From NCBI GenBank assembly GCA_013265495.1, contig MU058844.1, forward strand, positions 2,645,520-2,709,519: a stretch of DNA of 64,000 nt. The letters are read 5' to 3'. Numbering within the stretch: position 1 is the first letter of the stretch; each line of letters opens with the position of its first letter. A program made the position numbers and the translations under genes. The notes under the pieces were generated by a model. The model saw only the letters and a program-made list of their open reading frames with translations. It made no database searches and was not told where the DNA came from. Shown one piece after another: positions 52,795-64,000 of this stretch. The DNA comes from Vicugna vicugna (taxonomy: Eukaryota).

Positions 52795-54054
52795 AAACAC
52801 CAACTCTTTATTAGAAAAGTTTTCTGAGACTTAGAACTCAAAACTAGATGCTACAAAGATAAATAAATTGCAGTCTTTTCTAAGATTTGAGATATTTCTT
52901 CATTTGTCAGCTTGTGTGCTGGATTCCACACCTAAACTTGAATCTACTCAATTCAATTTCTTTAGCAAATAGTAAATGTATTACTTAAGGAAATAATATT
53001 AGTCAGTTTTAAATTTTCTCTGACCATTAGTTATGTTTTTCACAGAAGATGCCAATATATTAAATGGAATATATTACAGCAGATCTAGAAAAACTGGATC
53101 ATTGCATTCTTATGAGTTACCTGGCTTTGCATTTAAGATGCAAAAGACCACTGAGATATTTGCAGGGCACTCTTCAACACATCACAATACACCAACACCT
53201 ACAGCCACCAATTAATTATCATCACTATAATTTTAAACATAATTTTAATTCCAACCTGTTTCATTGTGAGGCTAGAAATCAGGGGCAAGTATCCACTTTT
53301 GGGGCAACAGCAGCAGCAGCAATGATACAATGCAGATAGAGGGAAAAAGAATAAAAGGAGAAAACTATGGCAAGAACAAGGAAGGATCTTGTTGGAGAAG
53401 AAAAACCGTTAAGTAAATTATCTAAACTCAAGCAAAAGGACCACGGGAGAAATGGAATAATCAAGACCAATACCCAACAAACTTTGAAACAAATAAATGA
53501 CCCGCTAATCAAAACTGGAACATATCAGCAGTTAAAAGAGTAGCACATGTGATTCCACGCTGAGTCATAGACCTTGATTTAAAAAAAAAGAGCTGATTTG
53601 TCCAAGGCTACTGTTGGTTTTAGGGACCTAGGAACAAGTTTAAATATTCCTGGCTTGAAGAGAAGAGAGATATAGAACTTGGAAGATAAATTCTCCACGG
53701 CATTTGTGAATTTAAAGATGCATATCATCATAATAGTGTTTATGGGTACTACTCAGAATACTTGGGTTTCTATATAAAAGCTCCTTAAATTTATTTTTAA
53801 AAATGCTAAACCAGCAAACAAATGAATTGAATAGTTCACTGAAGGTATTTCACCAATTCAGAGGTTTTGGCTTTCAACGAAAGTATACTATATCATGCAT
53901 TCTAAACAGGGACAATATCTCCTTCAAGAGAGCAAAACTTAGTTCTTTGGGGCTGGAAAAAAATCTTAGTCTTTCTATGTGTAAAACACAGATATACATA
54001 CGGTACATAAACAGATATGAAGTATACCTGTGATGTTAAATTTTTACTGGGTGG

Positions 54055-54394
54055 TGCTATAGGCTGAATGTTTATGCCTCCTACCAAAATTCCTATGTTG
54101 AAATACTCAATCCCCAGGGGGGACAGTATTTGAAGGTGGGGCCTTTGGGAGGCATTAGGTCAGGAGAGTGGAGCACCTGTGAAATAGATGAGTGCTTTTA
54201 TAAAAGAGACCCTAGATATCCTCCTTTGCCCTTCTACTATGTGAGGTTACAGCCATAGGAAGTAGACCCTGACCAGGCATCAAATCTGCTGGTCCCTTGG
54301 AATTCTCAGCCTCAAGAACTATGAGAAGTCAATTTCCATTCTTTATAAGCCAGCTGGTGTAGGAGTGTTACAGAAGCCTGAAACGACTAATACA
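54055..54394 (+). mobile_element. MaLR solo LTR (MLT1A-like)
   Basis: tgctataggctgaatgttt...ggtggggcctttgggagg...gactaataca; TSD ggtgg/agtgg (4 of 5 identical). Confidence 0.9.
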
Positions 54395-55278
54395 AGTGGG
54401 GATGGTTAAGAAAAAATTATGTCTTGAAAAGCTCTTTATGAGGGTGATGATGAAAAACAGACAGATCCATATGAATTAATTCCTGGGGTTATATACTTGA
54501 GTAAATTAAATAAGATCATACAATAAATGAGTACATAACAGTAAACAGTCAATTGGTAGCTATAAAAAGAAATTAAGAGCTAATAATAGACAATTAAAAA
54601 TTTATTTTTATTAAATTATCTATTTAAAATTATAATTTCCTGACAAAAATCCTGCTATTGATAAAGGATAATTTGTGTTTTACATGCCATAACATCATCT
54701 TAAATAAGCACTATTCTCTCCTTATCCAGAAAACAATGTTCTAGTATATAAATAAACTTCTCAAAAGTACTTAATATTTACTCTCTTAAAGTAAGCCCCC
54801 TACCTTCTATTCAAGGATAATATAAAGATGTCTGTCTCTCTCGATAGAATAACAACTTCCACTTCTGAAGGTATGTGACTTTATTTTACTTGAAAGTCTT
54901 CTATGTCTGGCTCTTTCATTCTATTGTGTCTGCCTCATCCTCTCAATGTCCTAACCTGTGCCTGATGTTCCTTTTACATGTTACCCTAATTTAAACTTTC
55001 AAAGGGAAAAACATCAATTGAAGGGGAAAAAAGCATACTAGATCAAGGAAGAGCAGTATCTCAGGAAAACTAATGACTTTCTCTTGTTGCCCTACAAGTA
55101 CCAGCTGGCCCTCTGTAAAGAATCAGGAAAGAAAAATACATTTCTGGTTTGCACGCTTTAGGAGTAGATGCCTGGTGACAGTTTTCCCTAAGCTTTTCTT
55201 CATTCAGCAGAGTTTCTGAAATAAGTATCTTATGTAAGCCAAAACTGATTTCATTAAAGGGTAGTTCACAAAAAAGAT

Positions 55279-55313
55279 TACACTTGATCTTAGCCAAAAG
55301 GCCGAGAAGCGAT
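55279..55313 (-). pseudogene. RNU2: 3'-truncated U2 snRNA retropseudogene (U2 nt 1-35)
   Basis: Reverse complement ATCGCTTCTCGGCCTTTTGGCTAAGATCAAGTGTA equals the U2 5' end. Flanked by direct repeat acaaaaaagattaca at 55268-55282 and 55314-55328. Confidence 0.97.
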
Positions 55314-57282
55314 ACAAAAAAGATTACAGATCAATTGTCTTGCTAATTAAGAGAGCAAGAAAATCAGTAAAACGATGACATTTAAATTATCTTTATTTAC
55401 TAGCAGTGTCTACCCCAAATGAAACCATTGCTCCTATGAAATACAATGAACTGTTTTAGTGGCTTGTACCTTTCTCTTACATGAAAGAAAAAAAAAAGTG
55501 AGGAAGGGAAAAATAGCAGGAGAGAAGGAATTAAGGGAAGGAGGGAGGGGAAAGTGCACATTTTCTAGAAGATGGTTGCAATCTGCAGATTGTGAATAGC
55601 TGTAAACTTTTCATTAAGAAGCTCCTTAAGTTAATTAAAGAACAATGTAATTAAATTCCATATTTAGAAACCAAATTTGATTCAAAACACAAGATCAAAG
55701 AAAGAGCATTCAACTTTTTGTCATTTATAATTCATTCTCAAACTGATATATATTCCCAACTTGGAAAACTTGACCATTATTATCACAAAATGAGTAAACA
55801 AATATGGAGGGAAATAGGAAAAATATAGTGAAGAGAGGGCATCAATTAATTTAAAAAGAAGAATGCTTTATTGATTTATTATGTTCCTCTAAATTGGAAC
55901 TGTGTGGGATTAAATTCTGAGAATTTTCACTTTGATTTTTTCCTACCTACCTAAAATTGGCTTCCTTAAATAAAAGCTTATAGCTCTTTAAGAGCCATCA
56001 TCACAAGATAATTTAGTTATTTTTAAACAGGAGGAAAAGAAGAAAATAAACAAGTTGGAGGAGGAAATTGTTTTAACACAAATCTGGGTTCCATTGAGGC
56101 TCTCTTCTCAAGTTTTTTTCCCACAAAAATAACCTTCCGATTGTATCAAAATTAGCTAACCAAGAATTCTAGATCAAAACTAGGTATTTTACAGAATGTA
56201 CTTTTTTATGAGATTTATTTTAGAAGTGTTTTGCCAAGTACTGTGACATCCCCAAGTTCATACACATAGCAATAATTCTTAAAGGGTTGGAAGCAAAAGC
56301 CAACTTAACTTTCATTTTATTTCCAAGATTCTCATCACTTGTTGGGTATGGAGGAAGGTGTGGAGAAGAAAGAAAAAATATAAAGGAAAAAAAGTCCATG
56401 TTTTTTCTCCTGAAATTCTGTGAATTCCTGGCAAGGTCAAGTCAGTTTGAGCCATGAGGGGGAAACAAATTCCTGTTTTTACAGGGTATTTGCACAACTC
56501 ACTACATGCATGTTTTCTAAAGCTCTGTCTTCTGATCATAGTTAACTGACATTCCTTATCATCTTTAACACTATAGCTACAATTTTCAAATACTTGCATT
56601 TATGTGCTTGGTTTTTCTTCCTTGGCTCCCTTGTTTTACTCACCTTATTGTCAAAGTATGGAATGCCTATTTCTGTATCTTTCTGAAAAATTCTTACTTT
56701 TGACATTATCACTATAGTCAAACTAAGGCCAATAGCAAGCAGATCAAAGATCCTCCCTGTCTCTTAACATTTAGATGATTCTTGGAAGGAGCAGTGGAAC
56801 CGGACTCCAGGAATAATAGAGAAAAGGGATCTATTAATACAAGACCAATAAACATGTGTAAAAAAATTGGTAGTTAAGATATATTGAAAATGTTCTTTTT
56901 ACTGACAAGAATGAAATCTGTAAATAGTCATCACAAAGTATCTGCATGATAGAAGTTTTCTTCTTTTTCATTTTTCCCAATTTCCAGTATTTCTAAAAAC
57001 CACACATGCTACTTTAATAACTACAAATGAGCAAATGTTATTAAATAAATATAGTACATACCTACTGCGTAAAATATGAAAAGTAAATAAAATACTCCTA
57101 GTTCTACTTTCCATTCAAAAGCATCCTTTGGTCAATTTTACACTTTCTTCTGATTATTTTTCTATTCATATTCATGATTTTCGGTTTTTCTATAAGCTCA
57201 ATATTATATCTTCTTTTCTATTTTAATATTATAATATGAATATCATGCTCATACACATTCTTCCCTGAGGATGTCATGCAAG

Positions 57283-57378
57283 TATTTAGATTAATCATAT
57301 GAATTAGCCATTTTTGTAGATTAAAATGGTCAAATATTAGTAATTTCACATGGTTCAAAAAAGTAGCTATAACCTAAA
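57283..57378. mobile_element. MADE2 mariner MITE
   Basis: ttagattaatcatatgaattagccatttttgtagattaaaatggtcaaatattagtaatttcacatggttcaa...aacctaa matches the recalled MADE2 consensus, with a short insertion in one TIR. Confidence 0.75.
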
Positions 57379-58339
57379 TCATATAAAACAAAAACAATAG
57401 CCCTTTTTATGCCAATATATATTTTCTTTTTCATGTTTACCTACAGGAACATCATAGAAGATGTTTAAAACTTGAAAACATACTTGAAACAAATAGATGC
57501 TGAAGTTCTATGAGCAGATAAACTATCAGTCACATAAGAGGTGCTGGAGCCTTGCTCTGTGACCATTATAGCCTGGTTCCATGTCAGAATTGAAGTTCTA
57601 ATGCTGGTCACGGATACAGCAAAGATCCAAGCTACACAGTGGATGTTAACTCTCAGTCATTGCTATGACTTAATGGTTGGGTTCAGCCACAATACATCTG
57701 CACTCTACAAATAAACTGAATTCAGCTAATAGGCAGAGTTAGGCAGAAACATAGTATAGAGCACCCAGCAGTTTATCTCTTCGGCATCACTTGAGGGGTG
57801 CCAAAAGGCCCAATACTCAAAAATAGCTTTCCCATAGTTGTCTATCTTTGCCATTATTATGGACTCATTTATTTTTGTTAAGATTTATAATTGTCTAGTC
57901 TGTGTTACTTTAAAATATAAGTATCAATGAGGTTAACACATTAAGATGGAAGTCAAGTGCTACCGCTTTTCTTTAAAAGAGGCAAATGAGAGCATGAATC
58001 ATTAGAAAAAAGCAGCCCAAAAAAAGTTCATAAAGGGGAAATAGACCACTAATGATCAATTTGTTTCCTTTACAATTTTCTCTGACTGCTGGCTTAATCT
58101 CATCCAGTGATAAACCATCTGATAATAACTTTTAGAAGTCCAGATAACATCCAAATAATAATTGGGTTATATCCCAGAAAGCTCTTTGACTGGAACTCAC
58201 ATTGTATTTTATGGAAATCTTGAATTACTCCTAACAGTAGTGTAATTAGAAACCCTTACGGCAGACATCTTTAAGAGTCTTTGCCCAGACCACATCTTCC
58301 CCTATGTTACAATTGGATCCTTACATGCAGTTGGATCCT

Positions 58340-58770
58340 TGCATTTCACATCCTGTACATCATTCCACAGTCCACTGAACCAATGGTAGATAAGCAGGAG
58401 GCCTAAGAAGAATCAATTAGAATCTTTCTTTTGGGAATCTAAACAAGGATTCAGTGGGACTAGTTAATATCTGACAAGGAAATCATTGTAAGCTCAGGAA
58501 GTGTGTCCTGACCAAAAATTACCATGCTTTGGGAAAAATAAAGACAGTCATCAAAGGGAGACATGAGGAGAGAAACAGAAGATGAGAGGCTGTGTGGTTT
58601 TCATGAGCAATTAAGACAAAGTCCCCTTTGGTGGATTTCTAGCTCCTGATTCTAGTACTTCTTTAATGATGCTTGACTGTACTTGATTACCACTGATCCC
58701 TTGTAATATATTTCCATTCAATTATTAAGCTAATTTGAGGGTGTGGTTCATAATTGAAGCTACAACAACA
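58340..58770 (+). mobile_element. Old ERVL-class LTR (LTR33/LTR16-like)
   Basis: caattagaatctttcttttgggaatct...gtaagctcaggaagtg...agctcctgattctagt...ttaagctaatttgagg. Confidence 0.5.
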
Positions 58771-58784
58771 AAACCAGCAAAACA

Positions 58785-58970
58785 ATACTAGCAAACATGA
58801 TAGAGTACCTCTAAATGTCAGTAGTGTTCTAGGTCTGTAAGATTTTTCTATTTTATCTTCACAGTGACCTTCTGTGATAGGTCAGGATCATCTCCAAGCT
58901 TACATTTGGCAGAATCAGAGTATGAGCTCAAGCAGCTGACAACAGCTATCTAGTGTTTAACTATAGAGTA
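58785..58970 (-). mobile_element. MIR fragment
   Basis: ttttatcttcacagtgaccttctgtgataggt...tggcagaatcagagtatgagctcaagcagctgac. Confidence 0.5.
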
Positions 58971-58974
58971 TATA

Positions 58975-59156
58975 CAGAGTTCCATGAAGTATGGCAATGG
59001 GACATCTCTATCAGATTCCCTAGGAGTCATTGAAACAAACAAAACACACACAAACAGTTTCTAGGCCCAGACATGACCACAGAATCACAATTTCTAGAGG
59101 ACAGAAATTTTTCCAGTTACCCCAGGCAATTTTTATGCACACTTTGAGAACCAGTG
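58975..59156. mobile_element. MER5-like hAT MITE
   Basis: atcagattccctaggag...cagaatcacaatttctag...ccccaggcaatttttatgcacactttgagaaccagtg. Confidence 0.65.
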
Positions 59157-60534
59157 CTCAATGATCTAACCAGAAGGTATGGGTTGAAGACTGCTACTGG
59201 GATTGTGGTAGCAGTACCAATATGTGTGTGTGTGTCAGGGGAAGGAGGGGCTAAGGAAGGCCAACAATGCAAAGTGGATGAAGGATTTCACTTCCATTGC
59301 TACCTCCTTGCTTCCTCAAGATCATCTGCTCTGCTATCACAGAGTCTAACTGGAGAAAACTCAAAGTCTGGGGAAGAAGTGGTGGGTCCACCAATGGGAG
59401 GATTTTAGACTATCCTGGGAGACAAAGTTGGTTATATAAATTTTCAGTCCCCTTCAGAACTGTAAAAATTCAGTTTAGAGAAATCCTAACCTAGAGAAAC
59501 ACAGGACTTTGGAATAATAATTTCCTAAATCATAACATTCCATTCTGCACATGGACACCATGCACATTTTCTATCTTGAGTTGAAATACATAATTGTGTT
59601 TTTCTTCTTTTTCACAACCACAGGGTTTTTCCAACACACTGTCATTTGTGCAGCTGGAACCATTCCATTCCTAAAGAATGGGAAGTCTTTTCTGTCATAT
59701 TTTATTGGTTCTTCCAGTCATTATATTTGACAGGCTATAAATCCCCTGCTTACCATTAAACAGACTGTGAATGGCAAGATAGTATTAAGCATTTCTGGCA
59801 CACAGATTGCAGTTGAGCAATCAATAGCACCATCATTCCAGGAAAATTATTGCTGTAATTGAAAGGGGAGAATGATCATCAAGGAGAATTGTATGTTCTC
59901 TTTATATGTGGACTTAGTGGGAAAAAAAAGCCTAAAAATAAAAACTAGGACAGTTCACAGTTGCAAACATTTTGATTAATAATAATGATAAAGAAAAGCA
60001 GGAAATAAATGGTTGGGTTTGAGACAGAAGATTAGGCCTTTCTTTGGGATAGAATTTTCTCAACAGTGTAAGGCACGGGAAATATGGGAGGCTGCATATA
60101 AGTGTAGTAGTACTATTTGATCTCAAGGCCAAGTGCACAAGCCATCTATTAATTTTTAAAAATTGTACATTGTAGTGTTTCTCTATTAATAAGTTGATTA
60201 TATTTTTAGAAATCATGTAAAATGTGTAGACGCTGATGTCACTGTATTTTGGCTTCGCTAAGGATGGCTATTGTGAACAAAGTTGTTTCCTCCCTTGGCT
60301 CTGAGCACCAGATTGCTGCTCCTTCCCTCTCCACCACCTACTCACTCCCTCCCTGACACACAAACACTCTAAATCATAAGGAAAGTATGTTTCTAAAGAT
60401 TTAAATCTGCTGTCTCCATCGCTGACTGAATTAGGTTCCTAACGATGTAATTTCAAAATCCTCTGCATTTCTCCTCTTAATGAATGTAATGAAAAAATTA
60501 TTTATAATTATTAACTTCATGTTTGTGTCCTCTG

Positions 60535-60645
60535 TTTGACATAAGCTCTATGAGGATGAGAACCTTGCATGTTTTTGTTTCTGTTTTTGTACCTCAGCAC
60601 CTAGTTCCATGAACAATGCCAGGAATTTGCTAATTATTAAATAAC
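60535..60645 (+). mobile_element. L2 3' end
   Basis: gacataagctctatgaggatgagaaccttg...tgtacctcagcacctag. Confidence 0.65.
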
Positions 60646-60725
60646 TATGTGTACATTGTGTGTATGTGTGAACACGTGTAAGTGTGTACATATGTGTATA
60701 TATGTATGTATATAAATTTATATAT
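60646..60725. repeat. Degenerate (TG)n/(TA)n tract
   Basis: tgtgtacattgtgtgtatgtgtgaacacgtgtaagtgtgtacatatgtgtatatatgtatgtatata. Confidence 0.75.
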
Positions 60726-62739
60726 TTTTTTTGAATGATGAATGTTCATCTCAATTATTTACCCACTGTCACTGGATGCTTTTGACTAAAAGAATGTGAC
60801 TAAAAGAATAATCTTTTATTATTAGTTCACGTAATTCAGCTTAAGTTAAAAAACCTATGGGAGCCAAAAGGCTCTCACTTTCTCTCCAACACACAAAAAT
60901 ACACAGATTTAACCCCACCCCAAAAAGCCCCTGTTAAGTTTGTTAGGACATGGTGACCTAACTTAGTTTTCATCATCCATATTTCAGTGACCTCAAGCAA
61001 TCCCCCCCAAAGCTTTGTATTTATGTTTGTCTATTTGCTTGTTTTAAAGCACTCTGTTCTTTTGATGGAGCTATATCTCTCCTTAATGCCAATGTCCCAG
61101 TGTTTCCAGTGGCGCTCCGAGGCCTCTATCTCCCTATACAATCAAGAATGGAGGCTTTGCCAGTCACCACAGGGAATGCTAGTATATATTCTTAGGGTCA
61201 TTACTGAATGGTCAAGGCAGAGTGTATGGAATGGGGACTAGAGTTCCAATTCTAACTAGCATTTCCAATACTGATATTCTATCATATTGTTTTTCCTATT
61301 TATCTCATTTGTCAGTGGCCACATAATATTGGATAGGTAGGCGACTGCTTGTCACAAAAGGGTGTAGCAAAGCTGCCCTTTCCCTCTTTTCTTCCTCGGA
61401 AGTTTTGATTTCTGCTAAGCTGTGTGTAATTCCATTTAAGCCATCATGCTCAGTTCACAGAGTGCACCCTGGGATGTTTTTTAGTTGAGGACAAATTTGT
61501 AAACCACAGAATTGGATACATGGTTGGAATTAAATGCCACATCTAGACATTTCAGTGGGATTATACCATGGAAGAAGAAGATAGCCAGAAATGATAAATC
61601 TTCCTTTGGTAACCACCTAAAATTTCTTAGTATTCCATCAAGTGTATGTTAAAAGTCTATCAAAGAACATAATGAAGTTAGTAAGTCCATGGACATATTT
61701 CTTTAACTTGTGGTAATAATTATATTTGAAAAAAACCTTAAAAGTAATTTAACCACTTCCTGCCAAAAAATTCAAAATCATTACCCTCTAGTAACTTAAA
61801 AAAGAGGAAATAAAGGAGAAAGATAGAATTAAACAGCATTTTGGAAAAAAAAGAGAAAAAAGATAGAGATACAATGAGGAAAACTACTGAGAAAGAAACA
61901 TACTATATTGTATGACTGACAGAAAATATAGAGAAACAAAAAATGTAATCCCAATTTTATGAGGAAAGTAAATCTAAAAAGTCATGAAGCATTTTAATTA
62001 AAAATTCTATAAACACAGATTAGGGGCAAATTTTACCTTGAAGATTCAAGGACAAGTAGCCACTGATTTCTCTGCTTCATGGGGTTTTCAAGCCAGAAAG
62101 TGATGATTCCAAGATTTCTGGAGTCTTACAACAATCATGAGAGAGAGAAAAGGTAAAAATCTTACCTTTCTTCTCTGATAAACTTTATGGGTTCTTACTG
62201 ACCAAAGATGGAAGCCTATCCTCTCTTCTTGGGAGTGCCACAGAATATATTTTGCAGGTGCCTGCACACCCATACACAAAATCTGTGGTAATGAACTGTT
62301 CCTTTCTAACTAATGCCAGTTGTAGAAAAATTTTTAGTTATTTAAGGGCAAGGAAAAGTCTCTTCCACTGTGCCCCTGAGTGTTTGAGATATAGAGGGTA
62401 ATTAGCATGTACTAATTGGAGAGACTTATATAATCAAATTTAAATCAAATAACCTCCTTTCTTTATGACTTCACATCATTCATGCCCTCGGAATTTCAGA
62501 AATTTCAAGTCAGCTGTTCTCCAGCAACCAACTGCAAATGAGCTGCCTTAGGAATATATCTGCCTATAATTCCCCTTTCAGAACACAAAATTCATGAAAA
62601 TTTCTGGGGTAAATTATTCATGTTCCACATTCATAGTCAAGATTGTTTTAATTTTAGGTAATTCATGTCAGTGGACTTGAGCTCAACGCAAGTCCCAAAG
62701 TATCTGTGAGCTACTGTTATTTTATATTTCACATTATTT

Positions 62740-62905
62740 AAATAATGAGGTTATTATTTTGTACCCAACATGTGCAGAGAGCCCACTGATGCATTTGTAA
62801 TATACTTTATCTTGGTTAATGTTAATTAACTAAACACTTTGAAAATGTGTACTTTCATCCTTCATTTCAGAGAAGGAAACTGAAACTCAAGTGTTTTCAA
62901 GTTAG
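62740..62905 (-). mobile_element. MIR
   Basis: catccttcatttcagagaaggaaactgaaactca. Confidence 0.6.
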
Positions 62906-62914
62906 ACAGAGTCT

Positions 62915-63395
62915 GCCAACAACATCTCTAGTGACTACGCTTTCCTTCCTTCTTATTTAGCAGAATACCGATGTTGGTGTTGGCTAAGTTCCTGACGAAA
63001 AAGCATTTTTCAGACTCCTGTGCTGATACGGGGAGCCACGTAATAATATTTCTGGACAATAAGATATAAGTGGATTTATTGGGGAGGATTTCTGGGAAAG
63101 CATCTCAAATAGGAAATGGACTCATACAGTACCACATGTATCCCCTTTGCCCTTAGCACATTTCCCTTCTTCTCCCCAGAAATACAGAGGTATAGGCCAA
63201 AGCTCCAGCACGCACCTTGAGCAGACTATGAGAGAAAGGCCAAGAAAAATCAGCCCTGACATCCTTGAGACATCAGGCTGCCTACTTCTGAATTTCTTGT
63301 TTTGAGGGAGTAACACAACAGCTACATTGCTTAAACCATTGTCTCTGGGATTATTTGTTACATATGCAGCTGAACTCTGACCTTAACTTTTACAT
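62915..63395 (+). mobile_element. Old MaLR solo LTR (MLT1I/J-like)
   Basis: ttctggacaataagatataagtgga...atttctgggaaagc...ctgcctacttctgaatttcttgt...gcttaaaccattg...tgttacatatgcagctgaa. Confidence 0.7.
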
Positions 63396-63858
63396 TCAGT
63401 GACAAGCCCAAGGTCCTATAGCTATAAAAAAATGTAATTTCTTCTGATCCCATAGTCAATAAAGAGTACTAAGAGCAGAAATTCCCAATGTTAAATCAGC
63501 TAGTCAAAGCAATAGTTAAGGACTTGCATGCAGGGCTAGAATTAGAATTACCCATTACACTCATCTGCATCCTGAGAATAATAGGAAAAAAAAGGCTCTC
63601 TACTGTGTTCTTTCTTGTTTGTAATTAAGCATTCACCAAGTATTATTAAAAGCTTACTATCAACAGATAATGTGTTGTTGGTCTACAGACCAAGGACTGA
63701 CAATGTAACTATTGCCAAGAAGCTTACAGTCTAGTTTGGTGGATATTTCAAATAAATAATTAAGTGAAGAATTACAGTAATTCTGTAGAATTATAATAAT
63801 GCGATAAATCCTATTATATGTAATTGTGATAGCACACAATAAAAAGTCTATTCCAGTC

Positions 63859-64000
63859 TGTGGGATCAGAGAAGACTTTGGAGATACTAAGGCACACAAA
63901 AATTTTTAAGAGTTTATTTGAGCAAACATCAATTCTAACTGGGTGGTACATCAAAACAAAACTCGTTAGGAGCAGTCTGCCAACAGGAGCTAGGGTAAAG
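63859..64000 (-). mobile_element. Probable ERV1-class LTR running off the window edge
   Basis: Starts tg; aaaatttttaagagtttatttgagcaaacatcaattc contains an antisense AATAAA as expected near an LTR end. Confidence 0.4.

Noticed and set aside
58310..58345. 18-bp imperfect tandem duplication (caattggatccttacatg/cagttggatccttgcatt)
   Set aside because: Two adjacent copies with no spacers; an ordinary local duplication, not an array.
60783..60810. 14-bp tandem duplication tgactaaaagaat(g/a)
   Set aside because: Simple slippage duplication.
62168..62263. 96-nt minus-strand exon-like unit with donor AAG|GTAAGA (APAKYILWHSQEERIGFHLWSVRTHKVYQRRK)
   Set aside because: The acceptor lacks a pyrimidine tract, and I found no recognisable homolog or partner exons.
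1..64000. CRISPR arrays, operons, tRNA/rRNA genes, CpG-island promoter, intact ERV or transposase genes
   Set aside because: None seen. The sequence is repeat-rich mammalian DNA with no regularly spaced repeat-spacer structure and no long ORF.

Overview
AT-rich, CpG-depleted eutherian genomic DNA with the look of an intergenic region or a large intron. The 3' UTR of the youngest L1 (11760-12424) resembles camelid L1 as I recall it, and I see no Alu, BovA, PRE1 or Can-SINE copies, so a camelid source is my best inference. A large part of the window is decayed interspersed repeats: L1 (several ages), L2, MIR, MaLR/ERVL solo LTRs and MITEs (Tigger2/MER8-type, MER94, MER5, MADE2). The clearest non-transposon feature is a 35-nt 3'-truncated U2 snRNA retrocopy with a perfect 15-bp target-site duplication (55268-55328). 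I recognise no intact protein-coding gene; the ORF-track entries are L1/LTR-derived or look like chance ORFs. The most speculative lead is a set of minus-strand exon-like segments (about 5.6-23.3 kb) encoding charged, coiled-coil-like peptides with premature stops, possibly a decayed multi-exon gene. I find no support for a new biological system. Repeat subfamily names are from recalled consensus sequences, and boundaries are approximate unless TIRs or TSDs are quoted.
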